Shown here one piece after another: positions 44,797 to 56,988 of a stretch of DNA of 64,000 nt. Every line of letters begins with the position of its first letter. Within the stretch, counting starts at the first letter, position 1. Source of the DNA: Vulcanimicrobiota bacterium (GTDB lineage Bacteria; Vulcanimicrobiota; Vulcanimicrobiia; Vulcanimicrobiales; Vulcanimicrobiaceae); the NCBI GenBank assembly GCA_963752625.1, contig CAVVYX010000006.1, positions 44,960 through 108,959 of the forward strand. Direction: 5' to 3'. Below the pieces are notes generated by a model, which was given only the letters and a program-made list of their open reading frames with translations, searched no databases and was not told the origin of the DNA. Made by a program: the position numbers and the translations under genes.

Positions 44797-46298
44797 TAGC
44801 GCGACCGGATCCAGAAGCTCCACGACTTGGTCGTTGTGTTGCCGGCCTGGTCGGCCACGCGCACCGTCACATGGATCGGGCCGTCGGGATAGGCGTACGA
44901 CGGAAGGTACTGAACGAACTGTGCCGTGCGCACGCACTCCGAAGTCACGTCGCGTCCGTTGATCCAGAGCAGCACGCTCGACGGATTCACGCCGACGGCG
45001 TCGGCCGCAAAGCTCGCGTACACCGCGGGCCGGCTCGTGTTCACCGTCGCGTTCGCGTCGGGCGCGAAGTCCGCGATTCCGGGCGGGACGCTCGATGCGG
45101 AGACCGTGCGCGGCGCGGCCGCCTCGGCGGTCGAGTTCCCCGACGAGAGGCGTCCGATCAGGGCGACGTCATCGAAGTTCGCGCCTTGCGGTATCGTATA
45201 GCTCCCGACGTACACGCTCGGCATGCGTTCCTGCATCGCCTGGTTCGCGACATCCGAGCCGATGTCGAAGGTGGCTGAGCCGTGCGGTGTTCCGTGGAGC
45301 GTGACGTGGATCGTATCGCCGGCGCGCAGCGGACGGCTCGCGTCGCTCTCGACGCTCGTGATGCCCACGGCGCCGATCGCGGCGCCGGAGCCAACCGTCG
45401 TGCTTCGCCCGGCCAATATCTCACGCACCTCGTTCGTCTCGACGTTATAGCGAACGGTGACCTGATCGTTGGGCCGCAGGTCGCTGATCGACGCGGCTTT
45501 GCCGTTCAATGAGATCTCGGTCGTGCGGCCGGCTCCTATGACTTGGCCGTCCTCCAAGACGAACTCGTTTCCGGCGATCGCGACGATGTGACCATTACGC
45601 GAGCCGTATTCGTCGACGAGACGCTCGACGTGTCCGTCCTTGCGCATCTCCACTCGGGCGAAGTCGCCGGGCCGAACGTCGCCCAGCTCACCCGGCGACG
45701 TGACGTTGACGTTGACGTCTTCGACCTCCACGATTGCGTTGGCGCCAATCGGGATCGTCTTGACGCCGCCGCCGTAGCCAAGCGTGAGCGTGGGCGGATC
45801 GGAGAGCACGTCGACCGCGGCGACGGTGCCGAATCGCTCGTAGCCGTTGCCGGTCGAGACGAGGCCGTTGGCGGAGCGCCCCACCAGCTGGGCGACGATG
45901 ATCACCGCGTTGGCTTTGCGGTCGACGTGTGCTTGCGCACCGAGCACGTCCGTGAAGAAGCGCAGCGGCGCGTAGAGGACACTCGCCACCTCCATGGGCG
46001 GCGCTTCGAGCTGTAAGCGGCCCCCATCGACCTCGGCGACGCGGCTGTCCAGCACGAGAGTGACGGTCTTCGATCCCACTTGCGTCGTGATGCGATTCCC
46101 GGAACGGTCGAACGAAAGGCCGAGCGCTTCCAGCGTGCGGCGTACCGGAACAAAGAGGATGCCGTGGTCGTATCGCGGAGGCGGCTGAAGTGAAAGTGTG
46201 TCGCCGTTGATCACGATCGCGATCGGCCGCGGCGCCGGCGCGGGGGTTGTCCCCAGCAGCAGCCCCGCGGCTACGCTCAGCACGACGGTCGATTTCAT
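44796..46298 (-). CDS. Secreted protein with a copper-amine-oxidase-N-terminal-like (stalk) domain and Ig-like repeats
   Basis: ATG at 46298 (ATGA overlap). Signal MKSTVVLSVAAGLLLG. INGDTLSLQPPPRYDHGILFVPVRRTLEALG fits the Cu_amine_oxidN1 pattern. Confidence 0.65.
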   Translation of the reverse strand: MKSTVVLSVAAGLLLGTTPAPAPRPIAIVINGDTLSLQPPPRYDHGILFVPVRRTLEALGLSFDRSGNRITTQVGSKTVTLVLDSRVAEVDGGRLQLEAPPMEVASVLYAPLRFFTDVLGAQAHVDRKANAVIIVAQLVGRSANGLVSTGNGYERFGTVAAVDVLSDPPTLTLGYGGGVKTIPIGANAIVEVEDVNVNVTSPGELGDVRPGDFARVEMRKDGHVERLVDEYGSRNGHIVAIAGNEFVLEDGQVIGAGRTTEISLNGKAASISDLRPNDQVTVRYNVETNEVREILAGRSTTVGSGAAIGAVGITSVESDASRPLRAGDTIHVTLHGTPHGSATFDIGSDVANQAMQERMPSVYVGSYTIPQGANFDDVALIGRLSSGNSTAEAAAPRTVSASSVPPGIADFAPDANATVNTSRPAVYASFAADAVGVNPSSVLLWINGRDVTSECVRTAQFVQYLPSYAYPDGPIHVTVRVADQAGNTTTKSWSFWIRSR

Positions 46299-47309
46299 CG
46301 TTGCTCCAAAACCTCGCGATAGACGTCGGCGGTAGCGCGCGCACACCGGTCCCAAGTGAGCCGGCGCGCCACCCCCCTTCCTGAGTTGATTGCGCGCGCA
46401 CGCGTCCCCTCGTCGGACAGCAGTGCTTCCAGCTCGACCCGCAGCGCGCCCGAGTCCCGGGCCGGAAACGTCCGCGCCGCCTCCTCCAGCGGCCGCGGCA
46501 CAGCGTCGCGGCACGCGATCACGGGACAGCCCGCAGCCATCGCTTCCAGCATCGGCAACCCGAAACCCTCGCGCAGCGCAGGCTGCACGAGCGCCCGCGC
46601 ACCCGCATAATAGCTCGCGAGTCGCTCCGCCGGGACGTTGCCCAACGCGACGATCGTGCGCGCGGGCGTACTCCGCCGCTGCAGCGCGCCGCCGAAATCG
46701 TCCGATCCGGTTACGTAGAGATCTACGTTCCACCGTTGTGCTAGGGCCGACCACGCGTCAAACAGCGTCGTCAGATCCTTGTGCTCGCGGTGATTGCCGA
46801 CGTACAGCAGAACGGCCGCTCTCCCGCGAAAGGGTCCACCGGCTCCAAAAAACTCTCCGCGACGCCGAGCGGTATCACGCGCACCTTCGCGCGGTCGACG
46901 CCCAAGAGTTCCGCAAGATCGTCGACCGTGCGCGCATCGTCGGTGATGACGCGCGCGGCACGCGCGCACGCGCGCCGTACGACGGTCTGGTAATACGGGC
47001 CCACCTTCGCCTTAAAGTATTGTGGAAAACGCAAATGGATCAGGTCGTGGATCGTGATGACGAAGCGTGGCGGCAGCATCAACGGCACGTATTGCGAGAG
47101 GAAATGCACGACGTCCAGCCGCGCACACCGTATCGCCGACGGCAGCCGCACCTGCTCGCTCCAACCGAAGTTGCCGCCCTCCGAAAGCGCGACGTACGAG
47201 TACTCGGGCGCGGTTCGCGGCAGGCGCACGACGAGCTCGCGCGCGTAGGTCTTCATGCCGATCGACATCTGGCGCGTCAGGCGCGCATCGAGTCCGACGC
47301 GCGCGAGCG

Positions 47310-47313
<4 letters not shown>
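46295..47313 (-). pseudogene. GT4-family glycosyltransferase, reading frame broken near 46805
   Basis: N-terminal half ends ...EPVDPFAGERPF in one frame. LLYVGNHREHKDL...EGFGLPMLEAMAAGCPVI (the E-x7-E region) is in another. Confidence 0.75.
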
Positions 47314-49750
<2,437 letters not shown>

Positions 49751-49761
49751 TTAGGCTCCGG

Positions 49762-50436
49762 CTAGGCGAGCGCCTTTACCGAGGCTTCGAAGGCGGGGTT
49801 GGTGGGGTACCAGTCGGCGCGGCCGGACGGCATGAGATCGAAGAGATGCCAAATCGGGGAGAGCAAATCGATGCCGCGCTCGCGGTCTTCGAGCATCGGG
49901 TGCGCCGTGTAGACGTGGCGTATCGTGTCGCCGTCTTTGGCAAAGACGACGATCGTCGAGTCGGGATTACCCTCCGCGTCTTCAGCGTCGATGTCGCGTG
50001 CGAACGACGGACCATCGTCCGAGAGCAGACGGAGCCGATCCCACCCGCGGCGCGCGCCCCAGGCTCGCAGCGTTTCGAATGGCGCCCGGGAGGCGATGAC
50101 GAAGTTCACCCGCTGCGTGATGTGCGGCACGATTCCGTTGAAGCCGTCGATCCACAGCGAGCACATCGGACAGAAGTCATCCTCGTCTGCCCAGTACATC
50201 AGATGGTAGACGATCAAGTAGGGCTTGTCGTACGCAAACAGCTCGGATAGGTGAACGCGATCCGCGTTTTCGACGAACGCGTAGTCGGGCACTACCGGCC
50301 CCGGCGGCAACGAGCGCCGCATCGCGGCCACAGCCTCGATCCGGTCGCGCAAGTCGATCTCCGCCGCACGCAGGCGCTCGCGGGACGCGCGATAGGCTTC
50401 GTCGGCGCCCGGCATCAGGAGACTCGAGTCGGTCAT
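49762..50436 (-). CDS. DUF899 thioredoxin-like family protein
   Basis: LIVYHLMYWADEDDFCPMCSLWIDGFNG is the typical DUF899 core. Confidence 0.75.
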   Translation of the reverse strand: MTDSSLLMPGADEAYRASRERLRAAEIDLRDRIEAVAAMRRSLPPGPVVPDYAFVENADRVHLSELFAYDKPYLIVYHLMYWADEDDFCPMCSLWIDGFNGIVPHITQRVNFVIASRAPFETLRAWGARRGWDRLRLLSDDGPSFARDIDAEDAEGNPDSTIVVFAKDGDTIRHVYTAHPMLEDRERGIDLLSPIWHLFDLMPSGRADWYPTNPAFEASVKALA

Positions 50437-51276
50437 TGCGTCGTTCCTTTCACGTAGCGGGCGAGGCCGGCGTAATCGTTGCCGATCGAAACCACAAAGC
50501 CGGGGAGCGAGGCTTGCGTGAGTTCCATCAAACGGTCGATGGTCGGCGGGGCGGCTTCCAGTAGAACGATGGCCCTTGCGGTGACGAGGTCTGCAATACC
50601 CGGGAAGAACGCGCGGTAAACGGTCAGGCCGTCGGGCCCGCCGTCGAGCGCGACCCCCGGCTCGAATGATGTCGGATCGGGCGCCGCCGGTAGATCGACC
50701 GTCGGAACGTACGGCAGGTTGGCGACAACGACGTCGTACCGCTCGCCCTCAACCGGCGTCGCCAAATCGCCCTCGAGGAAACGGCAGCGATCGCCGACAC
50801 CGAGGCGGTCCGCGTTGCGTGTTGCAATCGCTACCGCTTCGGGGGAAATGTCCGTGGCGTGGACGACCGCTGACGTCTCTGCGGCGATGGTGCATGCGAT
50901 CGCTCCGCTTCCCGTTCCGACATCGAGCACGCGACCCACGCTGCCGAGGCCCCGAAGAAACGTGACAGCTTCATCCACGAGATGCTCGGTCTCGGGCCGC
51001 GGGATCAAAACCGACTCGTCGACGATGAATTCGCGCCCATCGAACCACGTACTTCCCGTGATATACGCAACAGGCTCACCGAGACGTCTGCGCGCGCATA
51101 CATCAATGAAGAGGGCAAAGTCCGCCTCGGAAAGCCTCGCCTCACCATGCGCAACGATCCATTCCCGAGCCCGTCCAAGCACATGAGCCAACAAAATGAG
51201 CGCGTCCGCCCGCTCCGACCCACTCGATTCCGAAAGAATTGATATCCCCCGCCGCAGCGCGTCCGCGACGTTACAT
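50433..51276 (-). CDS. prmC: Release-factor glutamine methyltransferase PrmC/HemK (start region displaced by 1 nt)
   Basis: VLDVGTGSGAI SAM motif and VANLPYV (NPPY-type). The conserved-looking N-terminus NVADALRRGISILSESSGSERADALILLAHVLGR is in frame, but the only ATG (51276) is out of frame by one base. Confidence 0.8.
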
Positions 51277-51299
51277 GAAGTTGCGGCGGCACTGAGCTA

Positions 51300-52385
51300 T
51301 CACGAAACGGCCTCGCCCGCCATTAATCGAGCTCGTTCGTCCGCGATCAGTTCGTCGGCAATTGACCTCAGATTTCCATCCAGGATGCCCCGGATGTTTC
51401 CGAAACTGCGGTTGATGCGGTGATCGGTAACGCGGTCCTGTGGAAAGTTGTAGGTGCGGATCTTCTCGGAGCGCTCGCCGGTGCCGACCTGCGAGCGGCG
51501 CATCTCGACGACGGCGTCTTCCTGTTCGCGGCGCTTGCGGTCGTAGAGCGTGGCGCGCAGCATCTGCATCGCCTTTTCGCGGTTCTGCTGTTGCGAACGT
51601 TCCTGCTGCGACGCGACGACGATGCCGGTCGGCACGTGCGTGATGCGGATGGCGGACTCCGTCTTGTTAACGTATTGGCCGCCGGCACCGGAGGCTTTAT
51701 AGGTGTCGATCTGGAGGTCAGAGGGCCGGATCTCCACCTCGACGTCGTCCTCGACCTGCGGAAGCACCGCCACAGTGGCGGTGCTCGTGTGGATTCGCCC
51801 CTGCGCCTCGGTAGCCGGGACGCGCTGCACGCGATGTACACCGGACTCGTGCTTGAGGAAGCGATACGGTTCGCCGCCCTTGACCGCGAAGACGATCTCC
51901 TTGTAGCCGCCGGCCTCGCTCGGGCTCTCGGACACGAGCTCGGTCTTCATGCCGGCGGTTTCGGCGAAGCGCATGTACATGCGCGCGAGGTCGCCCGCGA
52001 AGATCGCCGCCTCGTCGCCGCCGGTGCCGGCGCGGATCTCGACGAACACGTCCTTCGAATCGTCCGGGTCGCGCGGCATCATCAGCCGCGTGAGCTCGCC
52101 CTCGAGCTCGGCGGCGCGCTCGCGCAGGCCTTCGTTCTCTTCCTCCGCGAGCTGACGCAGCTCGCCGTCGCTCTCGAGCGCGAGCGAATCGTTCGCGACG
52201 ATTTGGGCGTGCGTCTGCGAGAAGCGGCGATACGTCTCTACGGGGGCTTCGAGCTGCGCGCGCTCCTTAACGAGCGAGGTGAAGCGGGACTGATCGAAGG
52301 TGCCGCCGAGATTGGCCAGCTGCACCTCGATTTCGTCGAAGCGCCGGGCCATCGAATCGAGACGCGCCGTCAACGCGTCGTTCAA
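51300..52385 (-). CDS. prfA: Peptide chain release factor 1
   Basis: PATEAQGRIHTS (RF1 P-x-T tripeptide region) and SGAGGQYVNKTESAIRITH (GGQ). Confidence 0.95.
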   Translation of the reverse strand: MNDALTARLDSMARRFDEIEVQLANLGGTFDQSRFTSLVKERAQLEAPVETYRRFSQTHAQIVANDSLALESDGELRQLAEEENEGLRERAAELEGELTRLMMPRDPDDSKDVFVEIRAGTGGDEAAIFAGDLARMYMRFAETAGMKTELVSESPSEAGGYKEIVFAVKGGEPYRFLKHESGVHRVQRVPATEAQGRIHTSTATVAVLPQVEDDVEVEIRPSDLQIDTYKASGAGGQYVNKTESAIRITHVPTGIVVASQQERSQQQNREKAMQMLRATLYDRKRREQEDAVVEMRRSQVGTGERSEKIRTYNFPQDRVTDHRINRSFGNIRGILDGNLRSIADELIADERARLMAGEAVS

Positions 52386-52397
52386 GGCCGGTGCTCC

Positions 52398-52676
52398 CTA
52401 AAGTCCGGCGGCTGTCTTTTTCGCCTCGCGGGCCGCCTTGCGGGCCGCGGCCTCTTCCTGCTTCTGCCGCGCGACGGCGGACCGCTGATTGAATTTGTCG
52501 ACGCGTCCGGCCGTATCGACGAGTTTCTGTTGGCCCGTGAACAATGGATGACAGGCCGCACAGATCTCCACGGAGATCTCGGCCAGGGTCGAGCCCGTGA
52601 CGAAGGTGTTGCCGCACGCACAGTGCACGCGGGCCTCGGGATACCACTTGGGGTGAATCTTGCTCTTCACAGCCAC
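52398..52676 (-). CDS. rpmE: 50S ribosomal protein L31 (Zn-ribbon type) with a K/A-rich C-terminal extension
   Basis: [20 protein letters not shown]...[10 protein letters not shown]. Confidence 0.9.
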   Translation of the reverse strand: MAVKSKIHPKWYPEARVHCACGNTFVTGSTLAEISVEICAACHPLFTGQQKLVDTAGRVDKFNQRSAVARQKQEEAAARKAAREAKKTAAGL

Positions 52677-52763
52677 TGCATTATAACAGGGCGTGCAAAT
52701 TTGCGAGGTTGGGCTCGCTCGATTCGCGGAGGAGCCGCACCGGCGCCTCCAAAAGCCACTCGC

Positions 52764-53372
52764 GTGAAGCCGTTTTCATTCCTTATTATCGCGGGCTCGG
52801 CCGTCGCGCCGCTGATGTTGGCCGGCGCCCTCGAGGGGCGCACTCCGGCCGTGGCGGCGACTGCGCCGCCCACGCCGCCGCCGATCGGGACGCCGCAGGC
52901 GCCCCAGCCGAACCCGTCGTTGCCCACCCCTAGCGCAACGCTCGCCCCCGCAGCTCCGGCCGCGACGCTGGGGCCGTCGCCCAGCCCGCCCCCGAATGCC
53001 CGCAAAGGCCTCGACGGCGTGTGGGAGGTCCAGATCCAGCGTCCCAGCGGCACGGACTACACGCACTTCAGGGTCGCGCAACAGGGCGAGGCGCTGACCG
53101 GCACCTACCTCGACGCGCGCGGCAAGCGTTATCCGCTGTCGGGAACCGTGGCCGGCTCGGACGTCCGCCTTATCGTGACTATGCCCGACGGAACGACCCT
53201 GCTGCTCGAGGGCCGGCTCGACGGCACGACCGACATGGTCGGTATGCTCACGATGGCCGGCGGCGAGGTGCCGTTCACCGCGTCCTATCGCGCCAAAGAG
53301 AAGTGGATCGACAACGTCAATCCGTCGCCGGGCGGTGTAGGTCAGCCCAGCGGAGGCTATACGCCGCCGTAG
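52764..53372 (+). CDS. Secreted Pro-rich protein of unknown function
   Basis: GTG at 52764 gives [21 protein letters not shown] as a signal, then a P/A/T linker and a small beta-rich domain. The long upstream part of ORF 51420..53372 is antisense to prfA and was rejected. Confidence 0.5.
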   Translation: MKPFSFLIIAGSAVAPLMLAGALEGRTPAVAATAPPTPPPIGTPQAPQPNPSLPTPSATLAPAAPAATLGPSPSPPPNARKGLDGVWEVQIQRPSGTDYTHFRVAQQGEALTGTYLDARGKRYPLSGTVAGSDVRLIVTMPDGTTLLLEGRLDGTTDMVGMLTMAGGEVPFTASYRAKEKWIDNVNPSPGGVGQPSGGYTPP

Positions 53373-53902
53373 CGTCCTTCGACGGAGCCTGTCGCGTGCT
53401 GTTCTGAGAGGCGCTTCTCCACGTACGGCACGAGTCCGCCGGCGTCGATCAGCGAGCGCATGAACGGAGGAAACTCCGCCGCGCGGTAGGTTTGCGCTTT
53501 GGTGATGTTGCGGATCGTGCCCGACTCGGGCTCGAGCTCGATCTCATCGCCGGATTCGATGCCGTCGACCGCCTCGGCCGACTCGAAGATCGGCAGTCCG
53601 ATGTTCAGCGCGTTGCGGTAAAAGATTCGCGCGAAGCTCTTGGCGATCACCGCCGACGTACCGGAGCCCTTGATCGCGATCGGTGCGACCTCGCGGCTCG
53701 ACCCGCAGCCGAAATTCGTATCGGCCACGATGATGTCGCCCGCCCGCATGCGCCCGGTGTATTCCGGATCCAGGCCCTCTAGCGCGTGCTTCCCGAGCTC
53801 GACCGGATCGATGATGTTGCAGTACTTGCCGGGGATGATCACGTCGGTGTCGACGTTCTTGCCATACTTGTGGGCATGCCCGCGCAGTTTAGCTTCCATC
53901 AT
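53357..53902 (-). CDS. leuD: 3-isopropylmalate/homoaconitate-type dehydratase small subunit
   Basis: YGKNVDTDVIIPGKY and NFGCGSSRE motifs. ATGA overlap with the large subunit. Confidence 0.85.
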   Translation of the reverse strand: MMEAKLRGHAHKYGKNVDTDVIIPGKYCNIIDPVELGKHALEGLDPEYTGRMRAGDIIVADTNFGCGSSREVAPIAIKGSGTSAVIAKSFARIFYRNALNIGLPIFESAEAVDGIESGDEIELEPESGTIRNITKAQTYRAAEFPPFMRSLIDAGGLVPYVEKRLSEQHATGSVEGRYGGV

Positions 53903-55185
53903 GACACTCCGGCGTATTGGACGACGCGCGGGTCGGTGATGCGCCCGGTCAGCGCCGAGGCCGCGCACGTCGCCGGCGAGGCCAGGTAGATCTCGGCCTT
54001 GGGCGATCCCATGCGTCCGACGTAGTTGCGGTTGGTCGTCGAGATCGCGCGCTCGCCGTCGCCGAGGGTTCCCATGTGACCCCCGAAGCAGGCGCCGCAG
54101 CCCGGCGTGTTGACCGCGCAGCCCGCGGCCGCGAGCACCGTGAGTATGCCCTCCTGCGCCGCCTGCATCCAGACCTTTTGCGAGCCCGGATTGACGATCA
54201 CGCGCAGGTTCGACGCGATCTGTTTGCCCTCCAGAATCTGCGCGACCACGCGCAGGTCTTCGATGTAACCGTTCGTGCACGAGCCTATGAAGACTTGATC
54301 GACCGGGAGGTCCTCACGCGTGACCTCCGAGATCGGATGGACGTTGTCGGGCGTGTGCGGACAGGCGATCTGCGGCTCCAGGTTACCGATGTCGATCTCG
54401 ATTACGCGCTCGTAGGCCGCGTCGGGATCCGCGCGCTCGACCACGAACGGCCGATCCGTGCGCTCCTTGACGTATGCGAGGGTCTTGGCGTCGGCGTGGA
54501 AGATGCCGTTCTTGGCGCCGGCCTCGATCGCCATGTTGGCCATCGTGATGCGTCCGGTGATCGAGAGCTCGTCGACGGTCGTGCCGTGATACTCGATCGC
54601 GCGATAGGTGGCGCCGTCGATGCCCAGCTCGCCGACCGTCCGCAGCATGATGTCCTTTGCGTACACCATCGGCCCGGGCTTGCCGCTGTAGACGAGCTTG
54701 ATGGAGGCGGGCACCTTGAGCCAGACCTCGCCGAGGACGAACGCGGCCGCGATGTCCGTGGATCCCATGCCCGTCGCGAACGCGCCGAACGCTCCGTACG
54801 TGCACGTGTGCGAGTCGCCGCCGACGATCAGCTCGCCCGGCGCGACCAACCCCTCTTCGGGCAGGACGACGTGCTCGATGCCGCCTCGCCCGACGTCGAA
54901 GAAATGCTCGATGCCCTGCTCGACGGCAAAGTCTTTCATCAGCTTCACAAGCGACGCCGACTGCGCGTCCTTTGCGGGAACGAAGTGATCGGCGACCAGC
55001 GCTATACGGCTCCGATCGAAGACGCGCTTGGCACCGGCGATGCCGCGCATCACCTTGATCGCGACGGCCGCGGAGAGCTCGTTGGCCAGTACGAGGTCGA
55101 CCTTGGCGTTGATGATTTGCCCGGGCTCGACCCTTTCCAGGCCGCAGTGACGGGCGAGAATTTTCTCGGTGAGTGTCATGCCCAT
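53899..55185 (-). CDS. leuC: 3-isopropylmalate/homoaconitate-type dehydratase large subunit (aconitase family)
   Basis: MTLTEKIL, GGDSHTCTYGA, IGSCTNG and CGACFG are Fe-S ligand motifs. Confidence 0.85.
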   Translation of the reverse strand: MGMTLTEKILARHCGLERVEPGQIINAKVDLVLANELSAAVAIKVMRGIAGAKRVFDRSRIALVADHFVPAKDAQSASLVKLMKDFAVEQGIEHFFDVGRGGIEHVVLPEEGLVAPGELIVGGDSHTCTYGAFGAFATGMGSTDIAAAFVLGEVWLKVPASIKLVYSGKPGPMVYAKDIMLRTVGELGIDGATYRAIEYHGTTVDELSITGRITMANMAIEAGAKNGIFHADAKTLAYVKERTDRPFVVERADPDAAYERVIEIDIGNLEPQIACPHTPDNVHPISEVTREDLPVDQVFIGSCTNGYIEDLRVVAQILEGKQIASNLRVIVNPGSQKVWMQAAQEGILTVLAAAGCAVNTPGCGACFGGHMGTLGDGERAISTTNRNYVGRMGSPKAEIYLASPATCAASALTGRITDPRVVQYAGVS

Positions 55186-55226
55186 GATACGAACAATATA
55201 GGGCGAACTAAGGGCGGGAACCTCCG

Positions 55227-56492
55227 ATGATGCACGACGAACGCGATTTCGGCTTCTCGACGCGGGCGCTCCACGCGGGCACTCCGCCGGACCCCGTCAC
55301 CGGCGCGCGGGCCGCGCCGATCTACCAGACGTCGGCCTACGTCTTCGGCTCGACCGAGCAGGCGGCGGAACTCTTTGCGCTGCGCAGCTACGGACACATC
55401 TACAGCCGGATCAGCAATCCGACGGTGGCCGCGTTCGAGGAGCGCATGGCTAGCCTGGAGGGCGGCCTGGGCGGCCTGGCCTTCTCGAGCGGACTGGCCG
55501 CACAGCTGTGCACCGTGCTGTCGGTCGCGCAGAGCGGCGATCATCTGGTGTGCACGCAGAACGTTTACGGCGGCACCGTCACGCAGCTCAGCGTGACGAT
55601 CAAGCGCATGGGGATCGAGACGACCTTCGTTTCGGCCGAAGACCTCGGCGCGGTGCGTGCGGCCATCCGCACGAACACGAAGATGCTGTTCGTCGAGACG
55701 GTCGGCAACCCGTCGGGCATCGTCGCGGATCTGCGCGGGTTCGCCGCGGCCGCGCACGATGCGGGCATCCCGCTCGTCGTCGACAATACCTTCGCGACGC
55801 CGTACCTTTGCCGGCCGATCGAGCACGGGGCCGACATCGTCGTGCACTCGGCGACGAAGTTCATCAACGGCCACGGCACCGCGATCGGCGGCGTGCTGGT
55901 GGAATCCGGCAAGTTCCCGTGGGACAACGGGCGCTTTCCGCTGCTCGCGACGCCGAGCCCGGGATACCATCAGAAGGTCTTCACCGAGACGTTCGGCGAG
56001 TACGCGTTCCTGATGCGCGCAAGGGCCGAAGTGTTGCGCGACGTCGGCGCACAGATGTCGCCGATGGACGCGTGGCTCGCCCTGCTCGGCCTCGAGACGC
56101 TCGCGGTACGCATGGAACGGCACGTGTCGAGCGCGCGCGCCGTGGCGGCGTTCTTGCGATCGCGTCCGGAAGTCGCCTGGGTGCGCGAGCCGCAGCTCGG
56201 ATCGATCTTCACGTTCGGTTTGCGCGGCGGGCGCGAGGCGGGCCGACGCTTCATCGACGCGCTCGTGCTGTGGAGCCACCTCGCCAACGTGGGCGACTCG
56301 AAGAGCCTCGTGATCCATCCGGCCTCCACGACGCACTCGCAGCTCTCCGACGACGAGCTGCGCAACGCGGGCGTCGAACCCGAGGCCGTGCGCCTTTCCG
56401 TCGGGCTGGAAGACATCGACGACCTGATGTGGGACCTCGATCATGCGCTGCGTTCTGTCGCGCCCGTCGCAGCCCAGGCGCCCGTTTCTTGA
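55227..56492 (+). CDS. metY: O-acetylhomoserine/O-acetylserine sulfhydrylase (PLP-dependent)
   Basis: FSTRALHAG...PIYQTSAYVF and HSATKFINGHG (PLP lysine). Confidence 0.85.
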   Translation: MMHDERDFGFSTRALHAGTPPDPVTGARAAPIYQTSAYVFGSTEQAAELFALRSYGHIYSRISNPTVAAFEERMASLEGGLGGLAFSSGLAAQLCTVLSVAQSGDHLVCTQNVYGGTVTQLSVTIKRMGIETTFVSAEDLGAVRAAIRTNTKMLFVETVGNPSGIVADLRGFAAAAHDAGIPLVVDNTFATPYLCRPIEHGADIVVHSATKFINGHGTAIGGVLVESGKFPWDNGRFPLLATPSPGYHQKVFTETFGEYAFLMRARAEVLRDVGAQMSPMDAWLALLGLETLAVRMERHVSSARAVAAFLRSRPEVAWVREPQLGSIFTFGLRGGREAGRRFIDALVLWSHLANVGDSKSLVIHPASTTHSQLSDDELRNAGVEPEAVRLSVGLEDIDDLMWDLDHALRSVAPVAAQAPVS

Positions 56493-56962
56493 TCCTGACG
56501 ACGCCCTCGCAGCGCCGGGACCTGCTGCGGCGCATCCGCACCGTTGCGATGGTCGGCGCATCGGCCAATCCCCTGCGCCCCAGCTACACCGTCTTCTCCT
56601 ACCTGCGCACACGGTCGGATTACGACGTGACGCCCATCAATCCGACCATCGAGCAGATCGATGGCGTCCGCGCGTTTCCGTCGCTCGAGGCCTACGCGCG
56701 CGATCGCGGCGCACCCGACATCGTCGACGTGTTCCGCAAGCCGGCCGAGGCGCTCGGCGTCGTGCGCGAGGCCATCGCGCTCGGCGTCCCGGCCGTCTGG
56801 TTTCAGTACGGCGTCGTGAATCCGCAGGCCATCGCGCAGGCGGACGAATCGGGGATGAGCGTCGTCGTGGACCGCTGCATCAAGGTCGAACACGCCCGTT
56901 TTTGCGGCGGCCTCTCGATGAGCGGCCTGAACAGCGGAATCATTACGTCCCGTAGGGGGTAG
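56489..56962 (+). CDS. CoA-binding domain protein (YccU/YneT-like)
   Basis: TTG at 56489 overlaps the metY stop (TTGA). IRTVAMVGASANPLRPSY...VDVFRKPE...VWFQ. Confidence 0.75.
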   Translation: MILTTPSQRRDLLRRIRTVAMVGASANPLRPSYTVFSYLRTRSDYDVTPINPTIEQIDGVRAFPSLEAYARDRGAPDIVDVFRKPAEALGVVREAIALGVPAVWFQYGVVNPQAIAQADESGMSVVVDRCIKVEHARFCGGLSMSGLNSGIITSRRG

Positions 56963-56988
56963 CGGCCAGGCGCGCGAAAGGCGGCCTT

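Noticed and set aside
51300-52385. Checked the release-factor gene for the programmed +1 frameshift known from prfB.
   Set aside because: The gene is RF1 (P-A-T tripeptide region, adjacent prmC) and is one uninterrupted ORF. No frameshift site is expected or seen.
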